Shown in pieces: positions 45,399 through 54,985 of a stretch of DNA of 64,000 nt. Below the pieces are notes generated by a model that saw nothing but the letters and a program-made list of their open reading frames with translations, was not told the DNA's origin and did no database searches. Each line of letters starts with the position of its first letter. Position 1 is the first letter of the stretch. A program made the translations under genes and the position numbers. Source of the stretch: a virus (lineage: Duplodnaviria; Caudoviricetes); IMG/VR virus record IMGVR_UViG_3300025671_008697; one strand, given 5' to 3'.

Positions 45399-47732
45399 AT
45401 GTTAACCGGAGATCTATTTCAACCGCTAACAGAAAAAAAGAAAAAGCCCAAGCCCACCAAGCCAGAGAAATGGGCCTATGCTAAATCTGAAGCAAAGAAA
45501 AAGTTTGATGTATATCCCAGTGCCTACGCTAATGCATGGGCTGCTAAAAAGTACAAAGAACTGGGTGGCGGTTGGCGCATGGGCGAAGACATCGACGAAG
45601 CAGATCAACAAAGTGATGCACCCAGCAAAACCTACGGCAATCAAAAACTAGTTAACATAATGCGTAAGGCTGCTGAAGTTCCTGGCACTGGCCTATCCAA
45701 TGACCAACGTATGTTTGTGGCCATGTACGATGAACTAGAAGATGCAGTAGAAAAAATTGGTGATGTAGAAAAACAAAATCAAGAACTACGCCAACAAGTT
45801 GCCAAACAGGCACAACCTGCGGCTAAAGCAGCAGCGCCAGCAAAAGAACCTACAGCAGCACAGGTCAAAGCACAGCCCGCAGCAGAACCTGCAGTACAAC
45901 AAGTTGTGCAAAATATTACACAAGTTCTACAACGTGCAGAGCAGAGTGCTGAAACACCAGAACAACAAAAAGAACTGGCTGCTGCCAAAGAAAGAATTGC
46001 AGACTTAGAAGACAAAATGAGTCAACTCAGCAATGCTGACGTAAAAGAGATTGAACGTACATTTGTTGAGATTGAAAAAGGCGGCATCAAAATGGGTGAC
46101 GTCAAACGTTTGTTGCGTGTAGTAGACAAGCGTATTGACCAAAGCGCAAAAGAAAAACAAGCGGCAGAAAAACCAATTACAGTAGATCAACCAGAACCAG
46201 AAAAACCAATTACAGTAGATCAACCTAAGCCAGGAGAAATTTCCACAAACACAATAATAGATTTTATGAAGAAAACCGATGACACACTCGATGATATTAA
46301 AGCAACTGATCAGGAACAAAATAAAGTTATAAAAGTGGTTCCCGACAACACAGACAAATTAAATGCAATTATTGCTTCTTCCCCAACATTACGAGCAAAG
46401 TATCCAGATGTCCAACCACAACCTATACAACCATCACCAGACAACAAAGTAGTTCAATTTCGCCCACGCACCGCACAACCTCCTGCACAACCTCCTGCAC
46501 AACCTCCTGCACAACCTCCTAAACAACGCATAGCCGTAGTTCCAAACCCAAATGATGAACTACTAACAGGAACAAACAATGAAAGTATCAATGAACAACA
46601 ACAAGAAACATTTGATTTTAGATTGCCTGCAGCAAGAGTTATTGGCGTATTAGATGATTTCTTTGCAACAAAATGGGATGGTGCTTTTAAGTATTTTGAA
46701 AAAACTTTCCATGACGAAGATAACGAAGAAGAGGAAGATCCATGGGGAGAAGGTCTTACTCAACTGGACAATGCATTTTTAGTTCCTGCAACCATTGTTA
46801 GAAAACTTGGTACATTAACAAACGCTTTTATTGACTTAGAAGACTATCACACCCAAATTTATAATCATCCAGAATACAATGCTATGTTTGGTCATGTTAT
46901 GTTTCCTGCATTTAAAGGAAAAATTTACAACAAACCTGTTAAAGCAAGTGAAACTAAAATGGGCTTCGATGATGATTTACAATTTTTTGAATACTATTTT
47001 AATGCACTTACAAATGCTGTTAAAACAAAAATTCATCCCTTCATGAAACAAGTAAAAGAGTTTGTCGAAACTCAATACGCTGAAAATAAAGATGACAATC
47101 ATGCTATGATGCAGTATTTTGTACGGAATGTATGGAATCCGTACATGAATGAAATTAATAAACTACATGCAGCAAGAGAAAAATTAAAGCCTGTTGTTTT
47201 TAACATGAGGCAAATCTTAAGAACAAAACCTCAAGGTGAACTATTTGAGCGCAAGAAGAAAAAGAAAAAGTCCAAGAGCAAGAAAGCATTCGGTGGTTAC
47301 TACTTCCCAGGCTATCACTACTATGGACAGGGCACTGCCGAGATCAGCGACGGCGGTGGTGACGGTGGTGGCGAAAGCATGTTTGAAGTTGTCACAAAGA
47401 ATCGTTCACCAGAAGAAACAGGTTCATTAGACAGTTACTACGGTCGTCGCAGACAGCCACACAAAGTTGTAGATGGCAAACGTGTCGAACTCACAGACCG
47501 AGAAGAAATCCAGCAATATTTGGATGCCTACGAAAACCAAACAGACCGCAAGGACTACGGTGATTTAGATGAAACACGTTTGTATTTCCGCACTGTGGCC
47601 ACACTGGCAGAAAGTCTTGAACAGGACTTTGGCATGCAACAAGACGACAAAGGTTGGTATCTAACAGCACGCAGCGGACGTCAACGTATCCTAGACGCAG
47701 AGCGTGCATTTGGTGAACCAAGGATCCTCTAA
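45399..47732 (+). CDS. Modular low-complexity protein with DUF5872-like N-terminal module
   Basis: KFDVYPSAYANAWAAKKYKELGGGWR; coiled coil; GGYYFPGY..GGDGGG segment. Confidence 0.7.
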   Translation: MLTGDLFQPLTEKKKKPKPTKPEKWAYAKSEAKKKFDVYPSAYANAWAAKKYKELGGGWRMGEDIDEADQQSDAPSKTYGNQKLVNIMRKAAEVPGTGLSNDQRMFVAMYDELEDAVEKIGDVEKQNQELRQQVAKQAQPAAKAAAPAKEPTAAQVKAQPAAEPAVQQVVQNITQVLQRAEQSAETPEQQKELAAAKERIADLEDKMSQLSNADVKEIERTFVEIEKGGIKMGDVKRLLRVVDKRIDQSAKEKQAAEKPITVDQPEPEKPITVDQPKPGEISTNTIIDFMKKTDDTLDDIKATDQEQNKVIKVVPDNTDKLNAIIASSPTLRAKYPDVQPQPIQPSPDNKVVQFRPRTAQPPAQPPAQPPAQPPKQRIAVVPNPNDELLTGTNNESINEQQQETFDFRLPAARVIGVLDDFFATKWDGAFKYFEKTFHDEDNEEEEDPWGEGLTQLDNAFLVPATIVRKLGTLTNAFIDLEDYHTQIYNHPEYNAMFGHVMFPAFKGKIYNKPVKASETKMGFDDDLQFFEYYFNALTNAVKTKIHPFMKQVKEFVETQYAENKDDNHAMMQYFVRNVWNPYMNEINKLHAAREKLKPVVFNMRQILRTKPQGELFERKKKKKKSKSKKAFGGYYFPGYHYYGQGTAEISDGGGDGGGESMFEVVTKNRSPEETGSLDSYYGRRRQPHKVVDGKRVELTDREEIQQYLDAYENQTDRKDYGDLDETRLYFRTVATLAESLEQDFGMQQDDKGWYLTARSGRQRILDAERAFGEPRIL
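46165..46225 (+). repeat. Two copies of a 28-bp direct repeat (33-bp period) within the CDS
   Basis: CAGAAAAACCAATTACAGTAGATCAACC x2, encoding EKPITVDQP. Confidence 0.9.
46473..46520 (+). repeat. 12-bp tandem repeat x4 (AQPP linker)
   Basis: GCACAACCTCCT x4. Confidence 0.95.
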
Positions 47733-48358
47733 TGCGTAGAGATCCAACAGAACTGTTCAAACCTGAAGACAGCGAACTTCGCAGAATTAAGAACAAGTAC
47801 GTTCCTGAGTGGAGCATGTTGGATTATACTGTGCTAGAATGTGCATGGGAGTTTGTAGACGCACAGACTGCGATGCGTTTTGCCTATGAAATGTACAGAC
47901 TGGGCGAAGACATGGATCACAACGCTGTGGTTAAAATAGATCATAACAGTGTTGAAGTACAGATTAGAACCGGCGACGTTGACGGATTAACTATATTAGA
48001 TTTTGAATTTGCACTTAAAGCAACTGCTGTTGCAGAACAGTTAAAGGGCGACAGACTCAGCAAAGTCAAAAACGAACTGGGCGAAGCCTATCAGGGTGGA
48101 CTACGCAAGTGGTTTAAAGAAAAATGGGTCAACATTGCCAAGAAGAAAAAAGGCGGCGGCTACGAAGAATGCGGCAGCAGTGGTGACAAAAAAGGCTATG
48201 CCAAATGCGTACCAGCTGCAAAAGCTGCTGGTATGTCATCTAGTGAAAAGAAAAGTGCAGTACAACGTAAACGTAGCGCACAACGTAAAGCAGGCAGACC
48301 CGGCAAGAAAAGTGGCGCTAAAGGCAAGGCTCCAATAAGGGTAAGTACAAAGAAATGA
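47732..48358 (+). CDS. Two-module protein: pterin-4a-carbinolamine dehydratase-like domain plus basic GLRKWFKEKW module
   Basis: EDMDHNA...GLTILDFEFA (PCD-like); GLRKWFKEKWVNI...CG...KCVP. Confidence 0.6.
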   Translation: MRRDPTELFKPEDSELRRIKNKYVPEWSMLDYTVLECAWEFVDAQTAMRFAYEMYRLGEDMDHNAVVKIDHNSVEVQIRTGDVDGLTILDFEFALKATAVAEQLKGDRLSKVKNELGEAYQGGLRKWFKEKWVNIAKKKKGGGYEECGSSGDKKGYAKCVPAAKAAGMSSSEKKSAVQRKRSAQRKAGRPGKKSGAKGKAPIRVSTKK

Positions 48359-49791
48359 AAATCGTTGAACTAAAATGCTGGCCTGGCTATGAGCGTGTAC
48401 CTGGAACCAAAGCAGGTGCTGTAGGTAGTTGCCGCAAAACGAGTTCTAAAAACGAAGATGCTGCTAACCCAGCCAATCTTGGCCTAACTATATTTGACAT
48501 AGACGACACACTAATGCATACTACTGCAAAGATACGTGTTGTCAAAGACGGCAAAACCGTACGTGAATTAACCAATCAGGAGTTTAATAACTACAAACTA
48601 GAACCAGGCGAACAGTTTGACTTTGGTGAGTTTCGTAGTGCAGAAAAGTTTGCCAAGGAAAGTGAACCCATACGCCCTATGATTGCTAAACTAAAAGCAA
48701 TCATGAAAAACGCAGGAAACAGCAAAGTTATAATGCTGACTGCAAGAGCAGACTTTGATGACAGAGATACTTTCCTAGACACTTTCCGCAAGTACGGTAT
48801 AGACATTGACAACATCCATGTGCACCGCGCAGGCAATATTCCAGGACCAGAAACTCCAGCGCTGAAAAAAGCAGTTTGGGTACGCAGATATTTAGACACT
48901 GGCATGTACAACAGAGTCAGACTGTACGATGATTCAATGAGCAATCTGCGTGCATTCAAAGATTTAAAAGATGAATATCCTGCAGTAGACTTTAAGGCCT
49001 ATTACGTAGGTCCCAGCGGCAGTAGCACTGTTGTAGAAGTAGACCTTAAAGGCAAGTTAGCAACAGGTGCTGTGGCAGGCGCACTGGCTGTGGGTCAGGG
49101 TGGCGCACTTGTTAACAAACTCACAGACCCCGACAGTCCTCGCTATCAGGTTCCTAAAGATGCAGCCACATACCAAATGAAGGAACCACCACGTGAACTG
49201 CCCAAGTCACTGCCTGCTGCACAGCCTAAACAACAGACTGCACCTCAGGTCCGAGCAGAACCAAAGGCAGTTAATTTGACTGGCAGTCCTTACGAAACAC
49301 TGATGCGTAAAGTAGCACAAGCCAGTGGCATACAGGGCACAGAACTGGCAGCGTTTATGGCACAGATGGCGCACGAAAGTATGGACTTTACTCGCATGTA
49401 CGAAAAGGGTATCAAACGTTACTTTAATCGCTATGATCCCAGATACAATCCAGGCACTGCTAAAATATTAGGCAACACTCGTGCAGGCGATGGCTACAAG
49501 TACAGAGGCAGAGGTTTTATACAGTTAACTGGGCGTGACAACTATACCCGTGCAGGCAGAGACCTAGGTATTGACTTAGCGAACAAACCAGACTTAGCAG
49601 CTGATCCTAAAATAGCAGCACAAATTGCAGTATGGTTTTGGAAAAACAGAGTGCAACCAAAGGTAGATGACTTCAGCAACGTAAATGATGTAACACGCAG
49701 TATCAATCCCAACATGCGTGGTCTGAAAGATCGTGCAGAAAACTTCAAACAGTATCAGGTTGCTATGGCAGACACTGGAGCAGATTCATGA
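48355..49791 (+). CDS. Modular protein: CWPGY module + HAD-like phosphatase + GH19 lysozyme
   Basis: CWPGYERVPG..GSC; IFDIDDTL, MLTAR, LYDD; AFMAQMAHES, YRGRGFIQLTGRDNY. Confidence 0.85.
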   Translation: MKIVELKCWPGYERVPGTKAGAVGSCRKTSSKNEDAANPANLGLTIFDIDDTLMHTTAKIRVVKDGKTVRELTNQEFNNYKLEPGEQFDFGEFRSAEKFAKESEPIRPMIAKLKAIMKNAGNSKVIMLTARADFDDRDTFLDTFRKYGIDIDNIHVHRAGNIPGPETPALKKAVWVRRYLDTGMYNRVRLYDDSMSNLRAFKDLKDEYPAVDFKAYYVGPSGSSTVVEVDLKGKLATGAVAGALAVGQGGALVNKLTDPDSPRYQVPKDAATYQMKEPPRELPKSLPAAQPKQQTAPQVRAEPKAVNLTGSPYETLMRKVAQASGIQGTELAAFMAQMAHESMDFTRMYEKGIKRYFNRYDPRYNPGTAKILGNTRAGDGYKYRGRGFIQLTGRDNYTRAGRDLGIDLANKPDLAADPKIAAQIAVWFWKNRVQPKVDDFSNVNDVTRSINPNMRGLKDRAENFKQYQVAMADTGADS

Positions 49792-50267
49792 GATTATTTC
49801 AGTTTGAAGCAGAACTGCCACCAGAAGCAATTGAAAAACTTCAACAGTATAAACAGCAACGTCAGCCAACTTATGCAGAACTTAGACGTAAGGCTCTGCA
49901 GGTTGAAGAGTTAGCAGGCATGGCCAAAAAGATTGAAGACCTGCGTGCCAGAGTAGAACGTGTATACGGTGATTTACCTCCAGGCATGCAGGCAGATTTG
50001 GAACTAGCAGATTTATATCCTGTGCCAGAAACAGATCAGGACTATGTTGATCTGAAACAAAGATTTGTAAAAGACATAGCACTACTACAAAATTATGTAC
50101 AGAGCAAACGCAGTCTCTACAAAAGAGAAAGCGTGAACTACAATGGCGCTTTTTGGTTATCACAGGTACAGGGCAGCGATAGTCCTGTTAGCCCAGTTGG
50201 TGCAGTTCCAAAAGCACAACGCATAAATACTAAAAAGGCGCCAATTAATGTTAAGAAATCTGATTAG
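49788..50267 (+). CDS. Hypothetical protein
   Basis: MRLFQFEAE...; C-terminal SPVSPVG. Confidence 0.65.
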   Translation: MRLFQFEAELPPEAIEKLQQYKQQRQPTYAELRRKALQVEELAGMAKKIEDLRARVERVYGDLPPGMQADLELADLYPVPETDQDYVDLKQRFVKDIALLQNYVQSKRSLYKRESVNYNGAFWLSQVQGSDSPVSPVGAVPKAQRINTKKAPINVKKSD

Positions 50268-50679
50268 ACTGGTAGAAGCAGCAGAGCGTAACTGCCCTGT
50301 GGCAACCTACGACATTGACGTCAACCTTAAAAATCGACAGACAGCAATTGACAGTTATCATTACGGTCCTGCTAATCCAGCAGCGCCAGGAAAATATTGG
50401 AAAGATAGTGCCAAGCAGTGGAAGATAGACGAAAAAACTGCAAAGACAATGCTGTGTGCTAACTGTGGTGCATTTGATGTCAGCGACAGTATGCGTGACT
50501 GCATTGCCAATGGTATTAAGGGTGACGAAAAGGCTGTAGATGCAAACGCCAGTATTAACTTAGCAGACTTAGGATACTGTAACTTCTTGCATTTTAAATG
50601 CGCCGGGGATAGAAGTTGCACTGCTTGGATAGCAAATGGCCCCATAACAGAAAAAGACAAAGGCAAGAAGGCAGACTAG
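50248..50679 (+). CDS. Cys-rich conserved phage protein
   Basis: MLRNLIRLVEA; CANC, GYC..LHFKCAGDRSCTAW; TAAATA at 50224-50229. Confidence 0.7.
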   Translation: MLRNLIRLVEAAERNCPVATYDIDVNLKNRQTAIDSYHYGPANPAAPGKYWKDSAKQWKIDEKTAKTMLCANCGAFDVSDSMRDCIANGIKGDEKAVDANASINLADLGYCNFLHFKCAGDRSCTAWIANGPITEKDKGKKAD

Positions 50680-50680
50680 C

Positions 50681-51115
50681 ATGGAAGATTTAATCAAAGC
50701 AATGAAAATTGCATTTAGCACAGAGTTTAGTTTTTATTTAAAAGCACACAATTTTCATTGGAACGTAGAAGGTCCAGATTTTCAAGAGTATCACAAACTG
50801 TTTGAAACTATTTACGAAGAAGTCTACGAAAGCATTGATCCATTTGCTGAAAACATTCGCAAACTGGGCAGTTACACTCCTGGTAGTTACACACGCCTTA
50901 GTATGCTAACACAGATCGACGACGAAACTGGCGTACCACCAGTAATGGGTATGGTAGAAGAACTGTTAAGTGACAGTGATAAGTCCGTCAAAGTATTCAA
51001 GATGGTTTACGACCTAGCAGAACGTGAAGGTGAACACGGTTTGAGTAACTTCCTTGCTGAACGTATGGATGCACATCGTAAACACAGTTGGATGTTAAGA
51101 GCAAGTCTCAAGTAA
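50681..51115 (+). CDS. dps: Dps/ferritin-like DNA-protecting protein
   Basis: FYLKAHNFHWNVEGPDFQEYHKLFE.IYE...D.FAENIRKLG...HRKHSWML. Confidence 0.9.
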   Translation: MEDLIKAMKIAFSTEFSFYLKAHNFHWNVEGPDFQEYHKLFETIYEEVYESIDPFAENIRKLGSYTPGSYTRLSMLTQIDDETGVPPVMGMVEELLSDSDKSVKVFKMVYDLAEREGEHGLSNFLAERMDAHRKHSWMLRASLK

Positions 51116-51117
51116 GA

Positions 51118-51699
51118 ATGCAAACAAAAGACTTTTATGAAGCCAGTCCCAGTACACTAGGCGGGAGTTTTACACCTGACTTAGTAACAAGCAAATTATG
51201 GCTAGCACGTAAGGTGCGTGCTTTAATGACTAAAACTCGTGTCGAAAAATACAAAACAGTATATGTACTGGGCAGTTGGTTTGGTAATATGGCTATATTT
51301 TTGCAGCAAAAAGGTGTTGAATTTGATCGAATAGTGTTAGTAGACATTAACAAAGATTGGATGCAAATTAGCAAAGAACTATTAGAACCAATTACAGACA
51401 AACTAGATACCATAATTCAGGACGCAAACAAAATTACCTATTCTGACCAGCAGCCAATATTAGTAATTAATACCAGTTGTAATGAAATGGCAAATGAGGG
51501 TTGGTTAGACCGTATTCCTGCGGGATCAACGGTTGCTCTGCAGGCTAGAAATAATGTACAATCAGTGGACGTAGTAACAGACACCGTAGAAGAATTTAAT
51601 AATCAATTTCCGTTGAGTGATGTGTTTTACTTGGGCGAGCGTAAACTACGAGATCCGGAAGTTAGTTATCAAAGGTTTATGAAAATAGGAATCAAATAA
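51118..51699 (+). CDS. Class I SAM-dependent methyltransferase-like protein
   Basis: [28 protein letters not shown]; likely ATG 51118. Confidence 0.65.
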   Translation: MQTKDFYEASPSTLGGSFTPDLVTSKLWLARKVRALMTKTRVEKYKTVYVLGSWFGNMAIFLQQKGVEFDRIVLVDINKDWMQISKELLEPITDKLDTIIQDANKITYSDQQPILVINTSCNEMANEGWLDRIPAGSTVALQARNNVQSVDVVTDTVEEFNNQFPLSDVFYLGERKLRDPEVSYQRFMKIGIK

Positions 51700-52907
51700 T
51701 GAAAAAACGCAATTACTCACAGGAAACTGTAGACAAACTCAGAGGCAGTGTACACATTGACCATACCCTGGCTAGACTGGGTGCAAATAAACTACGCCAC
51801 TTGTTAGCCACAGAACCATATATTAACACACTAGGTGCTTACAATGGGCAACAGGCAGTACAACATGCCAAGGCAGGACTTAAAGCAATTTACCTGTCAG
51901 GCTGGCAAGTAGCGGCAGCAAATAATACTGCACTGCAAACTTATCCGGATCAAAGTCTATATCCAGTAAACTCAGTGCCCAATGTGGTAAAAGGTATCAA
52001 CAATGCTTTCCGTCGTGCGGATCAAATTGAACACGTAGAAGGCAACGTGACCACAGACTACTTCCTGCCCATTGTAGCAGATGCAGAAGCAGGGTTTGGC
52101 GGTGCACTTAATGTCTATGAACTTATGATGGCCATGATTGAAGCAGGCGCTGCCGGCGTACACTTTGAAGACCAACTAAGTTCAGAAAAGAAATGCGGAC
52201 ATTTAGGTGGCAAAGTACTAATTCCCACAGGACAGGCAATTCGTAATCTTAATGCTGCACGGCTGGCAGCAGACGTAGCAGGTGTTAGCACAGTTATTAT
52301 GGCACGCACAGATGCAGAAGCTGCGACACTGATTACCAGCAATCACGACCCACTAGACAAGGATTTTATTATTGATGAGCGCACTGAAGAAGGTTTTTAC
52401 AAATTTAAAAATGGTATCGATGCTTGTATTAGCAGAGGTCTTGCTTATGCCCCTTACGCTGATCTCTTATGGTTCGAAACTAGCACACCTGACGTGGCAC
52501 AGGCTAAGAAATTTGCCGATGCCATACATGCCGAGTATCCTGACCAGTTGCTTGCTTATAACTGTAGCCCTAGTTTCAATTGGCGTAAGTTCCTAAGCGA
52601 AGACGAATGCGAAACTTTCCAACGTGAAATTGCTGAACTAGGATTCAAGTTTCAGTTTATTACACTGGCAGGATTCCACAGTGTTAACCTTGCTACATTT
52701 GAACTTGCTGAAGCATATAAACAACGTGGGATGGCAGGCTATGCAGAAATGCAACAACGTGAGTTTGCGGCAGTAGACAGAGGCTTTACCACTGTAAAAC
52801 ATCAACGCGAAGTTGGCGTTAGTTATTTTGACGTTATCAGTGAAGCAGTTGGTGCTACCAGTACCGTTGCTAACAAATCTTCAACAGAAGCAGATCAATT
52901 TCATTAA
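51699..52907 (+). CDS. aceA: Isocitrate lyase
   Basis: [27 protein letters not shown] catalytic motif, [21 protein letters not shown]. Confidence 0.95.
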   Translation: MKKRNYSQETVDKLRGSVHIDHTLARLGANKLRHLLATEPYINTLGAYNGQQAVQHAKAGLKAIYLSGWQVAAANNTALQTYPDQSLYPVNSVPNVVKGINNAFRRADQIEHVEGNVTTDYFLPIVADAEAGFGGALNVYELMMAMIEAGAAGVHFEDQLSSEKKCGHLGGKVLIPTGQAIRNLNAARLAADVAGVSTVIMARTDAEAATLITSNHDPLDKDFIIDERTEEGFYKFKNGIDACISRGLAYAPYADLLWFETSTPDVAQAKKFADAIHAEYPDQLLAYNCSPSFNWRKFLSEDECETFQREIAELGFKFQFITLAGFHSVNLATFELAEAYKQRGMAGYAEMQQREFAAVDRGFTTVKHQREVGVSYFDVISEAVGATSTVANKSSTEADQFH

Positions 52908-52916
52908 GTATTTACA

Positions 52917-54332
52917 ATGACAATAAATTACTCAGAGCGTATACCTAACAATGTTAATTTAAGTGAAGACAGAGCACTACAACGTGCTCTTGAAGGATGG
53001 CAACCAAACTTTTTAAACTGGTGGCAGGACATGGGACCAGAAGGCAGTACCAACTATGACGTATATCTGCGTACTGCTGTCAGTGTAGATGCACAGGGAT
53101 GGGCACAATTTGACCATGTTAAGATGCCAGACTATCGTTGGGGTATTTTCCTAAACCCTGCTAAAGAAGGTCGCAAGATTCATTTTGGTGATCATAAAGG
53201 TGAAGCGGCCTGGGACAGTGTGCCAGGTGAATACCGTGCAAACCTAAGACGTATTATTGTGACACAGGGCGACACAGAACCTGCGTCAGTGGAGCAACAA
53301 CGGCACTTGGGTTTGACTGCTCCCAGTTTGTATGACCTACGTAACTTATTTCAGATCAACGTAGAAGAAGGCCGTCACCTGTGGGCCATGGTATATTTGT
53401 TACACAAATACTTTGGGCGTGATGGTAGAGAAGAAGCAGAAGACTTACTGGCACGTAACAGTGGTAGCGCAGACAATCCACGTATCTTGGAAGCATTTAA
53501 CGAAAAGACTCCAGACTGGCTCAGTTTCTTTATGTTTACTTACTTTACAGACAGGGACGGCAAGTTTCAGTTAAAAGCATTGAGTGAAAGTGCATTTGAT
53601 CCCTTAGCACGTACTACACAATTCATGCTTACAGAAGAAGCACATCATATGTTTGTAGGCGAGAGCGGCGTAGCAAGGATCCTACAACGCACTGCACAAG
53701 TTATGAAAGAACTTGGCACAGATGATCCGCAACGTTTACGTAGTGCTGGTGTAATTGATTTGCCAACAATCCAACGTTACTTAAACTTCCACTTCAGTAA
53801 GACTGTGGACTTATTTGGTGCAGACGAAAGCAGTAATGCTGCTACATTCTACTCAACAGGACTAAAAGGACGTTATGATGAAGAAAAGCACGATGACGAC
53901 CATGTACTAAAAGACAGTGAGTACAGCGTTTTAAGTGCAGACTTAACAGAGCGCAGTGTACCCATGCTGAATGCACTTAATGAAGTGCTACGTGATGACT
54001 ACATCAAAGACAGTGCCAGTGGCGTTGGACGTTGGAATCGTATTTTAAACAAGGCAGGCATCGACTTTGAACTTACAGTTCCACATAAAGCATTTAATCG
54101 TAACATCGGACCACTAGCAGGCTTAACAATTAGTCCCGAAGGGCGTGTTGTATCACAGGAACAATGGCAGCAAAGTCAGAGCCAGTGGTTACCCACACCA
54201 GAAGATCGTGCATTTGTACAAAGTCTAATGGGCCGTGTTACTGAACAAGGACAGTATGCCAACTACATTGCACCACCTTCTGTGGGTATCAACAAACAAC
54301 CAATGGATTTTGATTACGTAAGGTTTAATTAA
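52917..54332 (+). CDS. boxB: Benzoyl-CoA 2,3-epoxidase subunit B (di-iron)
   Basis: IPNNVNLSEDRALQRALEGWQP, KMPDYRWGI, QGDTEPASVEQQ, EEGRH and EEAHH ExxH ligands; TAAGTA 6 nt upstream. Confidence 0.93.
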   Translation: MTINYSERIPNNVNLSEDRALQRALEGWQPNFLNWWQDMGPEGSTNYDVYLRTAVSVDAQGWAQFDHVKMPDYRWGIFLNPAKEGRKIHFGDHKGEAAWDSVPGEYRANLRRIIVTQGDTEPASVEQQRHLGLTAPSLYDLRNLFQINVEEGRHLWAMVYLLHKYFGRDGREEAEDLLARNSGSADNPRILEAFNEKTPDWLSFFMFTYFTDRDGKFQLKALSESAFDPLARTTQFMLTEEAHHMFVGESGVARILQRTAQVMKELGTDDPQRLRSAGVIDLPTIQRYLNFHFSKTVDLFGADESSNAATFYSTGLKGRYDEEKHDDDHVLKDSEYSVLSADLTERSVPMLNALNEVLRDDYIKDSASGVGRWNRILNKAGIDFELTVPHKAFNRNIGPLAGLTISPEGRVVSQEQWQQSQSQWLPTPEDRAFVQSLMGRVTEQGQYANYIAPPSVGINKQPMDFDYVRFN

Positions 54333-54982
54333 TGTTAGAAACAATCTGTGATACAATGAATCATGCATATCAGCGCGGCTGGATTACCAGTCGTGACGGT
54401 AATGTCAGCATTAGGCATCACGACAGAGATCATTTTTACATTACACCCAGTGGAGTACGCAAGCAAACACTACAGCCTGATCAATTTAAAAAAATTGAAA
54501 TACTTAAACAACCAGTAGAAAACAGGCCATTACCTTTTGAATACAATTGGCGTGAATTAGAGTATACTGACATCAGCCGTAACTTACGGCCAAGCGGAGA
54601 AATTCCTTTACACTTTGGTTTGCAGCGTGAAATACACAGCGACGAAGTAAGAGTGGTCATGCACTTTCATCCCACTTACACCGTGGCTGCTATGCATGCC
54701 GGAATTGAACTACAAGATTTGGTCAAAGACTTTCCTGAACTAAGTAGATATACATCGGTTGCTCCTAATGTACCGGATGTGCCGCCGATCAGTCAACAGT
54801 TGGCAGACTATACAATTGATAGACTTGATGTTTGTCCAATAACTGGTTTGGTAAAGTATGATATTATTGGTATTAAAGGACACGGCGTAGTAGCAGTAGA
54901 TACTACGCCCTGGAGATGTTTTGAACACATTGAACGTTTAGAACATATCTGTCAAATAGTTTTAGCAAGTGGACGACATTAA
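54332..54982 (+). CDS. Class II aldolase/adducin-family protein
   Basis: RDGNVS, ITPSG, PSGE, MHFHP, KGHGV. Confidence 0.85.
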   Translation: MLETICDTMNHAYQRGWITSRDGNVSIRHHDRDHFYITPSGVRKQTLQPDQFKKIEILKQPVENRPLPFEYNWRELEYTDISRNLRPSGEIPLHFGLQREIHSDEVRVVMHFHPTYTVAAMHAGIELQDLVKDFPELSRYTSVAPNVPDVPPISQQLADYTIDRLDVCPITGLVKYDIIGIKGHGVVAVDTTPWRCFEHIERLEHICQIVLASGRH

Positions 54983-54985
54983 AGT

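Noticed and set aside
46473-46520. 12-bp repeat as a CRISPR or iteron
   Set aside because: Head-to-tail with no spacers, in frame, encoding a Pro-rich linker.
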